Source: Octopus sinensis
Taxonomy: Eukaryota
Length of the DNA: 64,000 bases
NCBI RefSeq assembly: GCF_006345805.1
Contig: NC_043003.1
Location: forward strand, 70,246,001 to 70,310,000
Direction of reading: 5' to 3'
Every line of letters begins with the position of its first letter. Position 1 is the stretch's first letter. The notes under the pieces were generated by a model, which did no database searches, had not been told where the DNA came from, and was given only the letters and a program-made list of their open reading frames with translations. Position numbers and translations under genes: made by a program. Of the stretch, positions 38,601-52,468 are shown in pieces.

Positions 38601-40694
38601 AAATGAGTTTGAAGTATAGAATTAAACCTTTTGATCTTCATTATCTATTTATTAATCGATTCTGCTTCTATGCAGCTATAGAGTGTCACCAAATTTGATA
38701 TTTGTCCTACAGCATAAAGCCTGCAGAAGAGATATATTTTGTAAGCGTCTCGATAACTTTGCACCAAATTATGGGGGCCACCACTGAATCCAGATGCTTG
38801 AAAGACGGGAACATTACTAAACGAAACAGTAATATCTTTGTGAGTACTCTGCAAGTTAACTTTCATCGAAGTGCAAAGCTGAGCTTTCATCTAGGATGAT
38901 GCACGAAGTCGAACTACATTGTTCTTTATGAACTGCAACATCATTCTTCAACTCTTACTTAAGCAGCCATAAAATACTACTGAAAAGATTTTCTTATCTT
39001 TAAGACAGAGCAAGAGAGAGAAAGAGAGACTGATACGTGTGTGTGTGTATGTGTGTGTGTTGACAAACAGCTGCATTACTTGAAGGTTCACAAATGCAAC
39101 GCTCTCGACTGATCGTTCAGATGCTTACTTCTAAGTGTTAAGGAGGTCACAGTTTCTATATAAGGCTGACTGTTATTGGATGGTTGATGAGATACGTTCA
39201 AAACGATTGATTCGAATTACGAAAATAAGTCGGTATTTACCACTTGCTGCTGAATGGGAATATATTACGGGTTGGAGAAAATTTTTTCGTTTATAAATTT
39301 TTATCATATCGTAGTTATCTAATACTGAAGAAATGGGGCACTTATCTGCATGTTTATCACCAAATTATATTTTACTCAGTTTGACTTTTCATTTACTGAT
39401 ATATTTCTAAATACTTAACTATTGCAATATATTCGTCTTCATCCATCATTATGAATATATTAATTATATTCAATGAATATATTAATTATTCTTGTATATA
39501 TTTCATGTTATTTGTCTTTGAATTCTTCGATGTTTGCTTTAGTCTCATGTAGATTTTATTGTGTGGGTAATCTTTTTTTCTTCACCTCGGTGTAAGGCTT
39601 TTTCTTTCTTTCTTTCTTTCCTTTTTGTCATATTTCGATTGTACGAAGAGTGTTGTTCCCTTTATATATAAGTGTAATTTGTTTTGGACTGATTTATTGT
39701 TTTAAAAGTGTAAGAAGTTCCTCTTTTAAGGAAAGAGCGATTTCTTCCAGCGGAGAATTTAGTTATATTATTTATATCGTTGTGTCATGTCAGTAAAAAC
39801 GGTGTACGTATAAAAGTAAGTATGTTATTTAACAAATGTCTCTTCCATTCCGAAATATCTAAATATTTCATTAACTAGAATTTCCGCTTGTACAGTTCCC
39901 ATATCCGACATAGCTACTTTTGTCATTAGATCAATTTCTTTCTGAATTCAGTCTACAATCTTCTTTTCCTGAAGGCTCAGTGTTTTCCTGTTTAATGGTA
40001 CGTTTGTATAATTCTTTAAATGGAAGAATTATATAACTGGAAGAATGGTAAATTCTAAATAACGTTTTCACTATTTGTTTTTCACATTTGGTTTGCAAGA
40101 TTCTTGATGGGAATTCGTGGAAACATATTTTGTTGTACCTTGGGTGTGGGTGGGTCATTAGGCCAAAAATATTAACGCGCTGGTTTTATGTTACTTCTTT
40201 ATTGTTATTTGTCAATTGGTTAACCATTTAAACCATTAAATAATCGATTGCTTGAACAATAAATTAGGTTGGTCGGTTGATCAGAGTCCTTTCCTTGCAA
40301 CCACTTTGGAGCAGTCTGTTTCTAAATGCAATACACCATTAATATTTGTAAACTGTTATAGTCACAGGAATTGTATAAAATGCTACAGAATATATATATA
40401 TATATATTAATAAATTTTAGGGTAGCAAAAAGATTTAGAAAAATTATTTGCTACCAGTGGTCTAGCGAGAAGAAAAAATTAGTCAATAGACTATATGTTA
40501 TTCATATAAAAATACAGTGTACATTTAAACACATAAGAGATGGCCGTAACAGGACATACTGACTCGCTAGAAAGAGTAGTTAAACTACAAACCACTATAT
40601 TTTGAAAGAATAAACCGCCATGCATATATATATTTGTATACATATATGTATCTCTATGTGTATGTGCATACATATGTGTATTTGTGTGTGTGTG

Positions 40695-40730
<36 letters not shown>

Positions 40731-41039
40731 AGATATATTAATATATGAAGGTACATGTATGTATAAGAATAAAAACAGAAGTGTGTGCAACGATGCAGAC
40801 AAAGTACCCCAAGCTTATTAGAAACAATTTGGTCTCGAGAAAATCATAAAAAATTCATCACAAAATGATATTAAATGGTGGTCAAAGAAGAAAATAGTGT
40901 CCTTAATTCATTGATTACCAAACTAATGTGTTTATTTCTATATTATCTTTTTATTTCTACCAAATTACCCAAATACTCAAAACATATGTATCAGCGTATA
41001 TTTTGAAAAAATAAACCGCCATACATATATATATAGGCG

Positions 41040-41155
41040 CAGGAGTGGCTGTGTGGTAAGAAGCTTGCTTCCCAACCACATGGTTCCGACCAAAGCATTG
41101 TGAGTGGATTTGGTAGACGGAAATTGAAAGAAGCCCGTCGTATATATATATATGT

Positions 41156-41200
<45 letters not shown>

Positions 41201-41410
41201 TGTCTGTCTGTCTGTCTGTGTCTGTGTCTGTGTGTGTCTGTATCTGTGTGTCTGTGTGTCTTGACAACCAATGTTGGTGTGTTCCCGTAACTTAGCGGTT
41301 CGGCAAAAGAGACCGATAGAATAAGTACTAGGCTTACAAAGAATAAGTCCTGTTCGATTAAAGGCGGTGCTCCAGCATGGCTGCAGTCAAATGACTGAAA
41401 CAAGTAAAAG
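41040..41410 (+). mobile_element. SINE family B copy
   Basis: Matches 31308-31770, with an internal deletion. Confidence 0.85.
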
Positions 41411-41719
41411 AAAAAAATATCGATTCGTTCGACTAAGACCCTTCAAGGCGATGCCCCAGTATGACCACGGTCCATTGAGTGAGAAAATAAAATAAAAGGC
41501 GCGTATTAAACCGGATCCCTCAGTAGCGCAAAGAAAGGTATCTTGTTAACTTTCTCTCTTACTGCTTCGGTTTTACTGTTAAGAACGAACTGGGAGTGTA
41601 GTGACTGACAAAAGAAACGAGTATTTATAATGTCAGAAAGGAGAGAGGAATATATTCTGGCCTTCTAGGTTGCTGGGTAAGATCTCTATTGAGGACGACA
41701 TTGGTTTCCTAAAATAAGC

Positions 41720-42110
41720 GGCGAGCTGCCAAAATCGTTAGCACGCCGGGCGAAATGCGTAGCCGTATTTCGTCTGCCGTTACGTTCTGAGTTCAAATTC
41801 CGCCGAGGTCGACTTTGCCTTTCATCCTTTCGGGGTCGATTAAATACGTACCAGTTACGCACTGGTGTCGATGTAATCGACTTAATCCGTGTGTCTTTCC
41901 TTGTTTGTCCCCTCTGTGTTTAACCCCTTGTTGGTAGTAAAGAAATAGGTATTTCGTCTGTACGTTCTGAGTTCAAATGCCGCCGAGGTCGACTTTGCCT
42001 TTCATCCTTTTGGACTCGATAAATTAAGTACCAGTTGCGTACTAGGGTCGATCTAATCAACTGCCCCCTCTTCCACCAAATTTCAGGCCTTGTGCCTAAA
42101 GCAGAAAGCA
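41720..42110 (+). mobile_element. Dimeric SINE family A copy
   Basis: Same dimer junction at about 41940. Confidence 0.88.
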
Positions 42111-42689
42111 TTATTTTCCTAAAAATGCTGTTTTAATAGATACGTATCCAATTTTAAAAAAAAACACACTAATAGTGCGCATCGCGAGTGGGCCAGCTCG
42201 TATTAAGAGGTGTGACAGTAACTTCGAAGTTTCGGCTTTATAGCCTTCGTCGAACAGTCCGATTTCGAAGTCACTATCACCGCCCTTGTAAATACTTAAT
42301 AAACATGAAGTCTGCAAAAAGAATGTTGTATAATTCTTCAGTTTAATGTCAGATTGTTTTTATTGGAATCTGACATTAAAACAATACGTGTGTGTGCGTG
42401 TGTGTGTGCGTGTGTGTGTGTGTGGTGTGTGTGTGTGTGTGTGTGTGTACATACATGCATAGTTATACATGCACACACACACTCACATGGAAACGACCTT
42501 CACATTTTCATGATTTAATCTGGAGCTTTGCCGTATTTATTTCAACCCTGATCAAACTTTGAGACTAATGATTTGTAGGTACGTGCTATTTCGTTATGCA
42601 GCCATGATATTCTATAAACTATATTAAATGTTGTTTATAAGTCAATGCCACATACTACTGCGTTAACAGTGCACTTTTCCATTATTATA

Positions 42690-43340
42690 CGTCTCGTACG
42701 TTCTGAGTTCAAATTCCGCCGAGGTCGACTTCGTCTTTCATGCTTTCGGGGTCGATAAATTAAGTACTGGGGTCGATCTAATCGACTGGTCCCCTCTCCA
42801 AAACTTCTGGGCCTTGTACCTAGTGTAGAAATGAATATTTTAAATTCCGCCGAGGTCAACTTTCCCTTTCATCCTTTCGGGGTCGATAAATTAAATACCA
42901 GTTGCGTACTGGGGTCGATCTAATGGACTGTCCCCCCCCCTCTCCAAAAATTCTGGGCCTTGTACCTAGAGTAGAAAAGAATATTTTAAATTCCGCCGAG
43001 GTCAACTTTCCCTTTCATCCTTTCGGGGTCGATAAATTAAATACCAGTTGCGTACTGGAGTCGATCTAATCGACTGGGCCCCCCCTCTCCAAAAATTTTG
43101 GACCTTGTGCTTAGTGTAGAAAAGATTATTTTAAAGACAAGCTGGCAGAAGCGTTAGCACGTTGGACGAAATGCTTAGCAGTATTTCGCCCGTCGCTACG
43201 TTCTGAGTTCAAATTCCGCGGTGGTCAACTTTGTCTTTTATCCTTTCCGGGTCGATAAATTAAGTACCAGTGAAACACTGGGGTCGATGTAATCGACTGG
43301 TTCCCTCCCCACAAGTTTGTGACCTTGTGCCTCCAGTAGG
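42690..43340 (+). repeat. Head-to-tail array of SINE A 3' modules (~143-bp unit)
   Basis: aaattccgccgagg...tagaaa(a/t)gaatatt is repeated three times, followed by a further SINE copy. Confidence 0.88.
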
Positions 43341-44569
43341 AAAGATTACTAAACGTCTCGTACAGGAAACTTCGTAGCAAAAAATCAGTGCTGGCTATAA
43401 TTTCTGTAGAAATAACCTTAACAAGATAATGTAAAGAGCACAGCTAACGCAGTAGGACGTGGTGCTGAGTTATAAAAAGCCTTTAACATACTTTACAGTA
43501 TGTTATGGTTGCATAACGAAATACCACGTGCCTACAAGTCATTAATATTTACATATCAACTCCAGGAATATGTAAATTGGTATATCCAGTAACTAAACAT
43601 CGCTGTTTACAGTGGCTATTTAAGTAATGTGTTAGAGGATGATTAATGGGTTAGCTGGGTGCTATGAAGGGACAATACCTCGCGAGATAGGGCATATCCG
43701 CCCATTACCTATTTTCGTTCTTCGATCTCATTGTTTGTATGTGACGTCTTGTATAGGAAACTTGGTAGCAAAAATCGGTGATGGCTATAATTTTTATGGA
43801 ATATCTGTAGAAGTAACCTTAACCAACTTTGGGAGCTACCCCCGTTTTGTGAAGGGATTATGACTCAACTTGCCGTCAAGCATACATTTCGATTGGTTGA
43901 GGATTATCACGAAATTGGGCATAGAATTTGGTTAGATCTCCTACACCATTGTGAGAAATTGTTATTCACATTGTCACAATAACACAATCAATGCCTTAAC
44001 TTTTTGCGCAATTATCGACCGTACTGTCACATGACCTATTACGCCTATATGACGCGTAGTTGTTCATTCATATGCTCACGTGGTACATTCGCTGGACTCT
44101 CGCAGCTTTAACTTCTGGTGTAAGTATCGTTCATATAATTACACGACGTTAATATGAGGACATCACGGTGAAGTCATCTAAGTTTTTGAGTGATGTCATG
44201 ATGGTCTTCAACTAATCAAACTGATGGGAATTTTAGCCGTAATCTCTTCCCAAAAGGGAGCGAACTTCGAAACTCCTGAGAAAAGGTAAGGCATATTTCG
44301 CAAACCGTGAAAATGTGAAATCAGTTGAGTAAATATATAAAATTTCTCCGTAAGGACTCTAAGTGCATTTTCAATTTCTTTCCTTTATGCTTTTACTCGA
44401 GTGAATAGTATGAGTATGTATATGTATATATGGTAGTAAGTGTGTGGCTTCCGAAGGGGATTAAATACCATGTCGGCACGTGTTGTAGTTTTGTTTCTAT
44501 AGCTCCAGTCCGGATACTTGTTGATCAAGCTTCGTACATACATACATACATACATACATACGTGCGTAC

Positions 44570-44905
44570 GTACATGGAGGAGACCCCCTTCGGTCATGAA
44601 TGACCACGGGATTGTACCTAGAAATTTGCCATCCGAGGCACAAGTCCGAACAAGGTTGTTTGTGGAAGACCAGCAGTCGCCCATGCATAACAGCCTCCCC
44701 TCTCCATACCACGTACGTTATCCAAGGGAAAGGCAAAGGCCGATACAGCGATGTATGTCGCAACTCATTTCTACAGCTGAGTTAACTGGAGTAACGTGAA
44801 ATAGTGTCTTGCTCAAGAGCACAACACGCAGCCGGGTCCACGAATCGAACTCACAACCTTACGATGTTAAGCTCGACGCTGTAACCACTGAGCCATGCGC
44901 TTTCA
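44570..44905 (-). mobile_element. tRNA-derived SINE (family C head with a different tail)
   Basis: Minus-strand head gcgcatggctcagtggttacagc...gtgagttcgattcg. Confidence 0.7.
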
Positions 44906-44964
44906 CATACAAACATACATACATATATATATATACATACACACACACACACACACACACACAG

Positions 44965-45001
<37 letters not shown>

Positions 45002-45719
45002 ATAAATATATTTATATACGTATGTGCGCGCGTGTGTGCATGTGTGTGGTTGAAACATAGAAAAACAAGACGAAGACAGGTGTATGAACAAGAAGCAGAG
45101 GTATTAATTTGACGCTCAGAAAAATGAATAAGTCTCTTACGTTCGAGACTACGCTCTTCAACAGAAAGAAATAAGAGAAAATAAACAGAGATTGAAAAAA
45201 AAAAACTTGCAGATTTATCGGCAAAGCATGGCGAATGATTAGAAAAATGTTTGAAAGAAGCGGTTGAAAGAAAGAGAGATAATAAAGTACTGGTGATCCC
45301 AAATGAAGGTGCGTGTGCATGGTATGCATGTGAGAATGGTGTGTGTGAATGTGTAAGTGTGTGTGTGTGAATAGGGGCCAGTGACTTTTGACGCGTGTGT
45401 GTGAGCGTGTGAAAGTGTGTGCGTCTGTAACATGTGGCTGCTCATATAGTGATGTGTGTGGTGACGCTATTGAAGATTTTGTGTGGGTGTGTGGATGGTG
45501 GTGTGTGGGTGTTGGGAAGTGGTCAGTGCTAGTGTGTGGTGTGATGTGGAGTGGTGTGGTGTGGTGGGGTGAGGTGGATGGTGGGAGTAGGGATGGGTGG
45601 GTTAGATGGGGTAGGTGAGGTTAGGGCGGGGTAGAGGTGGGTGGGGTGCTATCAATGAAGAGAGGAGGTAGGTAGGAGTGAAGTGAGGAAGTAGGTGTTA
45701 GATGAGGAGAGGAGGGGAG

Positions 45720-46285
45720 TCAGATGAAGAGAGAAGGGGAGTCAGATGAAGAGAGGCGTTGAGCCCATGTGACGCAAAGGAGCGAAGAGAGAAAATTCCT
45801 GTTCGCGGCTAAGGCGGGAGTCCGGATGGCCCCTGTGCAAAAACAGTCCGAACACAGAGGGATGTTGATCGGTAGAGCGGAAATAGCGCGAGACCAGGTT
45901 GTCATTGCCGGGTCTGATGTCTCGGAGATGCTCCGTGAACCGGTCAGCCAAGCGGGTGTCCTGTTTGACCGATGTACAGGGAAGGGTAGAAAGAGCAGGA
46001 GCTGCAGTAAATGACGTTATTAGAAGTGCAGGTAAAGGAGTTGGTAATGTGATAGGGACAATGATGGGTGCCTGCGAGGATGGTGGTGTTGGAGAGGTAG
46101 GGACAAGTACGGCAGCGTGAGTGGAGTAGGGAAACGAGCTAGGCTAGGAGGTGGGGTTAAGGAAGAAACTGTGGGTCAGGAGGTCACACAGGTTGTAGTC
46201 TCGTTTGATGGAGGGAAAGGATAGGTTGGGGAAGATGTGCGAGGTGAAGGTGGGTGGACTGGAGTGGCTAGGGATGAAGTGAACA
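45720..46285 (-). mobile_element. Penelope-like element GIY-YIG 3' fragment
   Basis: NSFTCTSNNVIYCSSC...SLYIGQTG...ADRFTEHLRDIR...VSRYF...SRLSREQE. Confidence 0.85.
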
Positions 46286-46900
46286 ACCTTCTGAAAGATG
46301 TCGTCTGGAATATCATTGAGAACCTCCTTAATCCGTGTCTCCAAGTCCTCCAGTGTGCGATATTTTGTATTGTATACCACCTCTTTTGCGTAACCCCACG
46401 GGTAAAAATCACATGAAGCGAAATCTGGACTTCTTGGAGTTCTGGACTTCTGGACTTCTGCGGTCACACTCTTCAGGTTTTAGCTCCTGCGCGTAATGCG
46501 GTTTCCTCGAAGGAAAATTCAATTCTTTATGCAGCACCGTACGTATTATGTGACTTGCAAGTCAACTTTCTCGAGCTGCTGGACGTGTTGATTTTTGAGA
46601 GCTGCGATTAAACATTCCGTTGATTGGGACGTAGTTGGACGACCACTTATTGTATCATTCACAGAGTCCGTAGTCATCAGCTCTGCATGAAAACTTTTTA
46701 TTGTCTCCGGACGTAGTATTGCATTCTTACCTTTCTATGCACGCTACCATCTCTGAACCAAATCAATGGAATTCCAGACTTCATAGCCTGCTAGTATCTT
46801 AGCGACTGGCCAGCTGGGAAATAAGAAATAAGACAATAAGAAAATAATTTAAAAATCCCCATTAGTGTTGGCTGTTCAAAAAATGTTTTCGTCACGACTA
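46285..46900 (-). mobile_element. Internally deleted Tc1/mariner transposase relic
   Basis: RTVLHKELNFPSRKPHYAQELKPEECDR joined to PRSPDFASCDFYPWGYAKEVVY...TLEDLETRI. Confidence 0.8.
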
Positions 46901-47108
46901 CAGTGATACTAAAAATTCTATAAGCAATTTCTAATGCCTAGTTGTTTATCTGTATGTATATAAACACGTATCTATTCAGACAAGTATATTTACATACACA
47001 TACATTCATCTCTAGACATAATTATAGAGATATACTGGTACTACATATGCATACATATATATATATAGCCATAAGTACATATACATCCATATGCATAGAA
47101 ATGTAATG

Positions 47109-47176
<68 letters not shown>

Positions 47177-47496
47177 GAGAGAGAGAGAGTGTGGGGAGAG
47201 AGGGAAAGTGAGAGTTAGAAAAAGAGAGGGAGTAGCATACATAGATATACATAGATATACATATATATACATAAATATATATATTTCGACAGAAACTAGA
47301 ACTCTTATGTACATCTAATTAATTTTACTTATTTTCCATTTCACTAGTAATTGGTTTTGCTAAATCAAAAGAAAAACTTATATCTTGTTCCTACTAATTG
47401 CCATTTTGGAAGGCTTTCTTAAAATCATCATTTCCTTCTTATATTCTTCAAATTGTAATTTATCATAGGATATTTTCTATTAGCTTTTCTTTACAC

Positions 47497-47547
<51 letters not shown>

Positions 47548-48392
47548 TTTCTACATCAGCCACATCAGACGTAATCCATAATTGTTTTTGTTTTATTGCT
47601 GAACTTAATTCATTTTTTAATTTACCTTTGGGGTAAGCGTTCAGATTATTTCTGCCTGAACTGAAAGCGCATTTGTAAAAATCGAATCGCAGAACACTTT
47701 GCATTCATTCCGCCAGCGTTTTTCATTGTGACTCCGGAAATCTTGAGGTTTTTCTTCCACTTTTTGTTGTGTGGAAAGCGCATCAGGAAATTTTGCATTT
47801 ATTTCTCCAGTAATTTACAAGGTGACACGAGAAATCTTACGGTTTTTTTTTCCTTGTTTTATTTAGTGCAAGAAAAAGGAGAAATTTGATGTTGAGATGC
47901 TTGCATTTATATGAAACCGAAGTGAAACGTGATCAAACAAGAATATAAAAACCAATATGGACTTGGACGGTCAATGAAGCGTCTACCCTGAGATTCGGCC
48001 AATCTGGGACATCGTTGGCTGTTAAAATGTCCAATTATCATAATCTTAAAGGCTATCTGAAAATAGAAGGTTCTTTATGTTTCTATTTAAACGAAATGTA
48101 TTCATATAGATGCTGGCGTCGCCGTTTGGTGTAAGAAGCTTGCTTTGCAACAACAGGATTTGGGGTTCGATTCCACTGCTCGGCACTTGAGATTTCTATT
48201 ATAGCCCCGTGTTGACTGATGCCTTTTGACTGAATCTGGCAGACGAAAACTGTCTTTGTTCGTGTAGTCTCCTCACTACCACCACCGCACACACACACAC
48301 ACACACTGCTTGGCAATTGGTGTAGGTTTGCTTTCCTCTTTGTAACTTGGCTGTCCGACGCAAGAGACCGATAAAATAAATACTAGGGTAGA

Positions 48393-48589
48393 TTTACACT
48401 ATTTACATTATTTACATTTGACGGATACTTGTCCTCATATCGTTTGTTGTTAACACAACGTTTCGGCTGATATACCCTCCAGCCTTCATCAGGTGCCTTG
48501 GGGAAATTTCGAACCTGGGTTTCTCATTCCTAAAGTATTTTCCGATGTTGTTGTTGTTGTTGTTGTTGTTATTATTATTATTATTATTA

Positions 48590-48629
<40 letters not shown>

Positions 48630-48711
48630 CAGATCACTGTCTGGAATCGAACTCTGAATCTTGGAGTTAGTAGCCCGCGCTCTTAACTACTACGCCATAT
48701 GCCCTTGGGCA
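48393..48711 (-). mobile_element. tRNA-headed SINE-like element: head, (AAT)n, hammerhead-containing tail
   Basis: A box tggcgtagtagtt, B box gagttcgattcc; a second copy lies at 52682-52998. Confidence 0.8.
48452..48497 (-). ncRNA. Minimal hammerhead motif in SINE tail
   Basis: GGCAC-CTGATGA-A-GGCTG gagggtatat CAGCC-GAAA-CGT-T-GTGTT: canonical core with an extra A, 5-bp stem II, palindromic AACGUU, GUU triplet. Confidence 0.68.
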
Positions 48712-50039
48712 ATAACACCAAAGCAAAGCCCGATAACAGTGTTCAATAAAATAGAATGGATTTGTTCGACTAGAATTTCCAAAGCTGTGCCCTAGCATGA
48801 CCGCAGTCCAATGACTGAAATAAAGTAATGGATAAGAGTTAAAAGGTACAAGAAGTACAGTAAAAGAAGATAAAAATCGTGAGAATCCTGTCGGAATGTT
48901 TTCTGGTCTGCCTTTAGACGATCGATCTACTCTGGGTCAACTAACAAATTCAATAAAAATTCATTTCGTATATTCTCTCAGAAAAGATAACTGCTTGAAC
49001 GATCATAGCTCTTTCTGTGTTATTGTAAATATATTAGGAACGGCGTTAACTACTTACGTGCAATGTTAAAGTAACAGTTGCCATACTACATCTAAATGAG
49101 CGATATTGTACACATACAGAGAGAGAAGAGGCAGAGAGAGAGGGAGAGAGAGAGAGAAGACTGTTGTGGCAGAAAATTCTCCTCCTAGACGTGAGTGAAA
49201 ATATATTAGGCTGGAATCATGAAACTGGATCGTAGAACGAATGCATTTCTTCGTTCTTTTGTTTCGTCAATAACGAACACCAAATGAAAGCCCGATAACA
49301 ACGAAATTATTCTTATTAAAACAGCGTATGGTATATTTGTTGATGTGTGTAAAAACTGGCTAGGCTATAATGATATAAATAATGTCGCGCTGAGCAGCGT
49401 TCAATGAAATATATCCGTATGAAATTATATTGAACACATTCAAGTGTATTAGGATGTGTTAAGACCTTTCGCTGCGAGAATAGTTTCGGGAAAAAATTCT
49501 CCATTTAAACATTGTGAAAACATTATTTCCGCAGTGGAAGGTCTTCACATGTCCAAATGCACTCGAACATGTTAAATATAACTTAACACGAATATACTTT
49601 ATTCAACGCTACTTCGTGTAACAATACACTACAGTTTGTTCCTCTATGTCCTGAGTTAAGATCAACAAGATATGAGTTAAGATCAACAAACCTATGTTCA
49701 TAGGTTCAAATTTGAGCTTCTAAATTAAAAAAAACACATTTGCAGAGAAATTGTTGACTGGTTGAACCGCCTTTATGTGGATATTTTTTGTGAGGGTAAA
49801 ATAAAGATGATTGACTGGCATAATCTGTATTAATTTTTAAATAAGTCATGCAACAATGTAGATGTGACTGTATGTACACCTGTATAAATATTTTTTCTTG
49901 AGCCCTAGACCTCATAAGGCCGGTTACCCAGTTTTCATGATATATAAACGGCCACAATCAAAACATTCCCCAGGGTGGGATGCCGGTTAGGTACAGGGTT
50001 CACGCCCAGCAATTTTGGAGTGGGAAGAGACAAGCCTAT

Positions 50040-50610
50040 TATATGGATCTTGTGTAATTGACTGGTGCTTTGTTTTATCGATCCAAAAGGTATGAAAGAC
50101 AAAGTTGACTTCGCCAGGATTTGAACTCAGATCGTAACGAGTCAGGTCACGAAGCAATGTGCCCGAAGTGCTAACTATTCTTATTTCTTTTTTATTTCTT
50201 TATTGCCCACAAGGGGCTAAACTTAGAGGGGACAAACAAGGACAGACAAAGAGATTAAGTCGATTATATCGACCCCAGTGCGTAGCTGGTACTTAATTTA
50301 TCGACCCCGAAAGGTGAAAGGTAACGTCGACCTTGGTGAAATCTGAACTCAATACGTAACTGCAGACGAAATACCTATTTCTTTACTACCCACAAGGGTC
50401 TAAACACAGAGAGAACAAACAGGGAAAGACAAACGGATTGGGTCGATTATATCGACCCCAGTGCGTAACTGGTACTTATTTAATCGACCCCGAAAGGATG
50501 AAAGGCAAAGTCGACCTCGGCGGAATTTGAACTCAGAACGTAACGGCAGGTGAAATACCGCTAAGCATTTCGCCCGGCGTGCAAACGTCTCTGCCAGCTC
50601 GCCGTCTTTG
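50040..50610 (-). mobile_element. Multimeric SINE family A
   Basis: Three tandem bodies, including the agtaaagaaata|ggtatttcgtctg junction at about 50370. Confidence 0.85.
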
Positions 50611-51739
50611 CAATAGATGTATATAAATATATATAAATATTTTCGAGATATGAGGTGCCGATTGTTCTTAATGAATATACGTAAGTGCCAAAATGTATCT
50701 TGCACTACAATCTTGGCATAATCTTGAAGATATCTATTAAAGCAGATAACCATTTGGAGCATTTGTTAATCCTAGCATAGAGAAATTAATCACAAACAGA
50801 GACAGTTTAAATATGCTTAAAGTAAGATGGGGGTCTATAATAATCTGATGATTGGTTTCCAAGTCAACTGAAATCGATTTACTATTTCACCTGACGACGT
50901 AAATCAATAAACGCGGTTAACATGTTACAGAAAGGAAAGGCGGTGAGCTGGTAGAATCGTAAACATGCCGGACGAAATGCTTAGTGCCGTTTCGTCCGTC
51001 TTCATGTTCTGAGTTCAAATTCCTCTAAGGTTGCTAAAATTTGAAATCAATATGTTACAGAGAGAGAGAGAGAGAGCACGCTCTCGCACGTCGGACAAAA
51101 TGCTTAGCGGCACTTCTTCCATAAAGTACCAGTTAATACTCGGGTCGATGCAATCGACTTGCTGCGTCTCTTCAAAATTGCAGACTTGGAATCTTGCAAT
51201 AGACTGGCGTCCCGTTCAGGGGTAATGTTGTGGCCTGAGTAACAGGCTTTGAGTCATGAAGACAGCAAGTTGTCGGGATTTTAGCACGCCAGGGAAATGC
51301 TTAGCGGCATTTCGTCCGTCTTCACGCTCTAAGTTCAAATTCCGCTTAGATCAACTTCCTCTTTCATCCTTTCGGGGTCGATAAAATAAGTACCAGTTGA
51401 ATACTGGGGTCGATGTAATCGACTTACCCACTCCCCAGAAATTGCTGGCCCTTTGCCAAAATTTTGAAAACTATGTCATTACCGATTTTAACTCCAAAAC
51501 CAGGTCAGATTCTTGAAAGAAGTCATTAAGAATCACCAATATAGTCAAAAGTATTTTATTCCACAGATGAGATTCAGTTTGCAATTTACATGATAATGTT
51601 ACCATTTTATTATTAGCTGAAAAAATATTGATTTCACATTTCTTGATCGCCAAAATTTATTTGTTAATGAGTAGGTTAATCGATATCTATGATCGATCAA
51701 ATATTCCAACAGCACTTTCTGATTTCTCACAAGAACATT

Positions 51740-52392
51740 TTCTCACGACACCCAGCGTTAAACTTGGGAAGTCTGCTATAGAGACATTGAGCATGCTTCG
51801 CCTAGCTTTCGGTGACCAGGCAATGGGTTGTACGCAAGGTTTTGAGTGGCACGTATGCTTCAAAACTAGGAGAACGTCCCTGGAAGACGATGAGCTATCT
51901 GGAGGAACTACCACGACCGTCATCCCTGGAAATGTGGTATTGTACATCGAGAATTTGTCCCCCAGGGCCAGGCCGCCACACAAGAGTTCTACTGCGACGT
52001 TTTGAAGCATTTGAGAGAGGACGTTCGGCGAAAGCGACCGGATCTGTGGAGCGCGAAGAATTCTTCACGACGGCAATGTGTCATGTCACCAAGCTCACCT
52101 CATTCTTAAGTTTCTTGCTAAATCAACATGGTTTCGCTCCCGTACCTGCCCCATTCCCCAGATTTAGCACCTGCCGACTTCAATCTCTTCCCCCAAGCTG
52201 AAAATGTAGTTCAAAGGTCGCCGTTTTAACATTGTTGTCGAGATCAAGAGCGAATCGCAGGAGGTCCTCGACTCGCTTACGGAAAACGACTTCCAAGCTG
52301 GATTCCAAAACTGGCAGGAACGCTGGAACCGATACATTGCTGCGCAAAGTGGATATTTCGAAGAAGATGATGTCAAAACTTAGGTACATAAG
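51740..52392 (+). mobile_element. Mariner transposase relic with central deletion
   Basis: KLGKSAIETLSMLRLAFGDQAM...FEWH..FK..RTSLEDD; later FNIVVEIKSESQEVLDSLTENDFQAGFQNWQERWNRYIAAQSGYFEED. Confidence 0.9.
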
Positions 52393-52468
52393 TTATTTAC
52401 ATTATTTACATTATTTACATTATTTACATTTGACGGATATTTGTCCTCATTTTGTTTCTTGTTAACAC

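Noticed and set aside
42690-43340. Regularly spaced repeats that might suggest a CRISPR array
   Set aside because: These are whole ~143-bp SINE-derived units without unique spacers, in eukaryotic DNA with no cas genes.
45125-45175. Hammerhead-like string ctgttgaagagcgtagtctcgaacgta (minus strand)
   Set aside because: A6 is replaced, GAAA is shortened and stem II is broken; at best a dead relative of 8020-8054.
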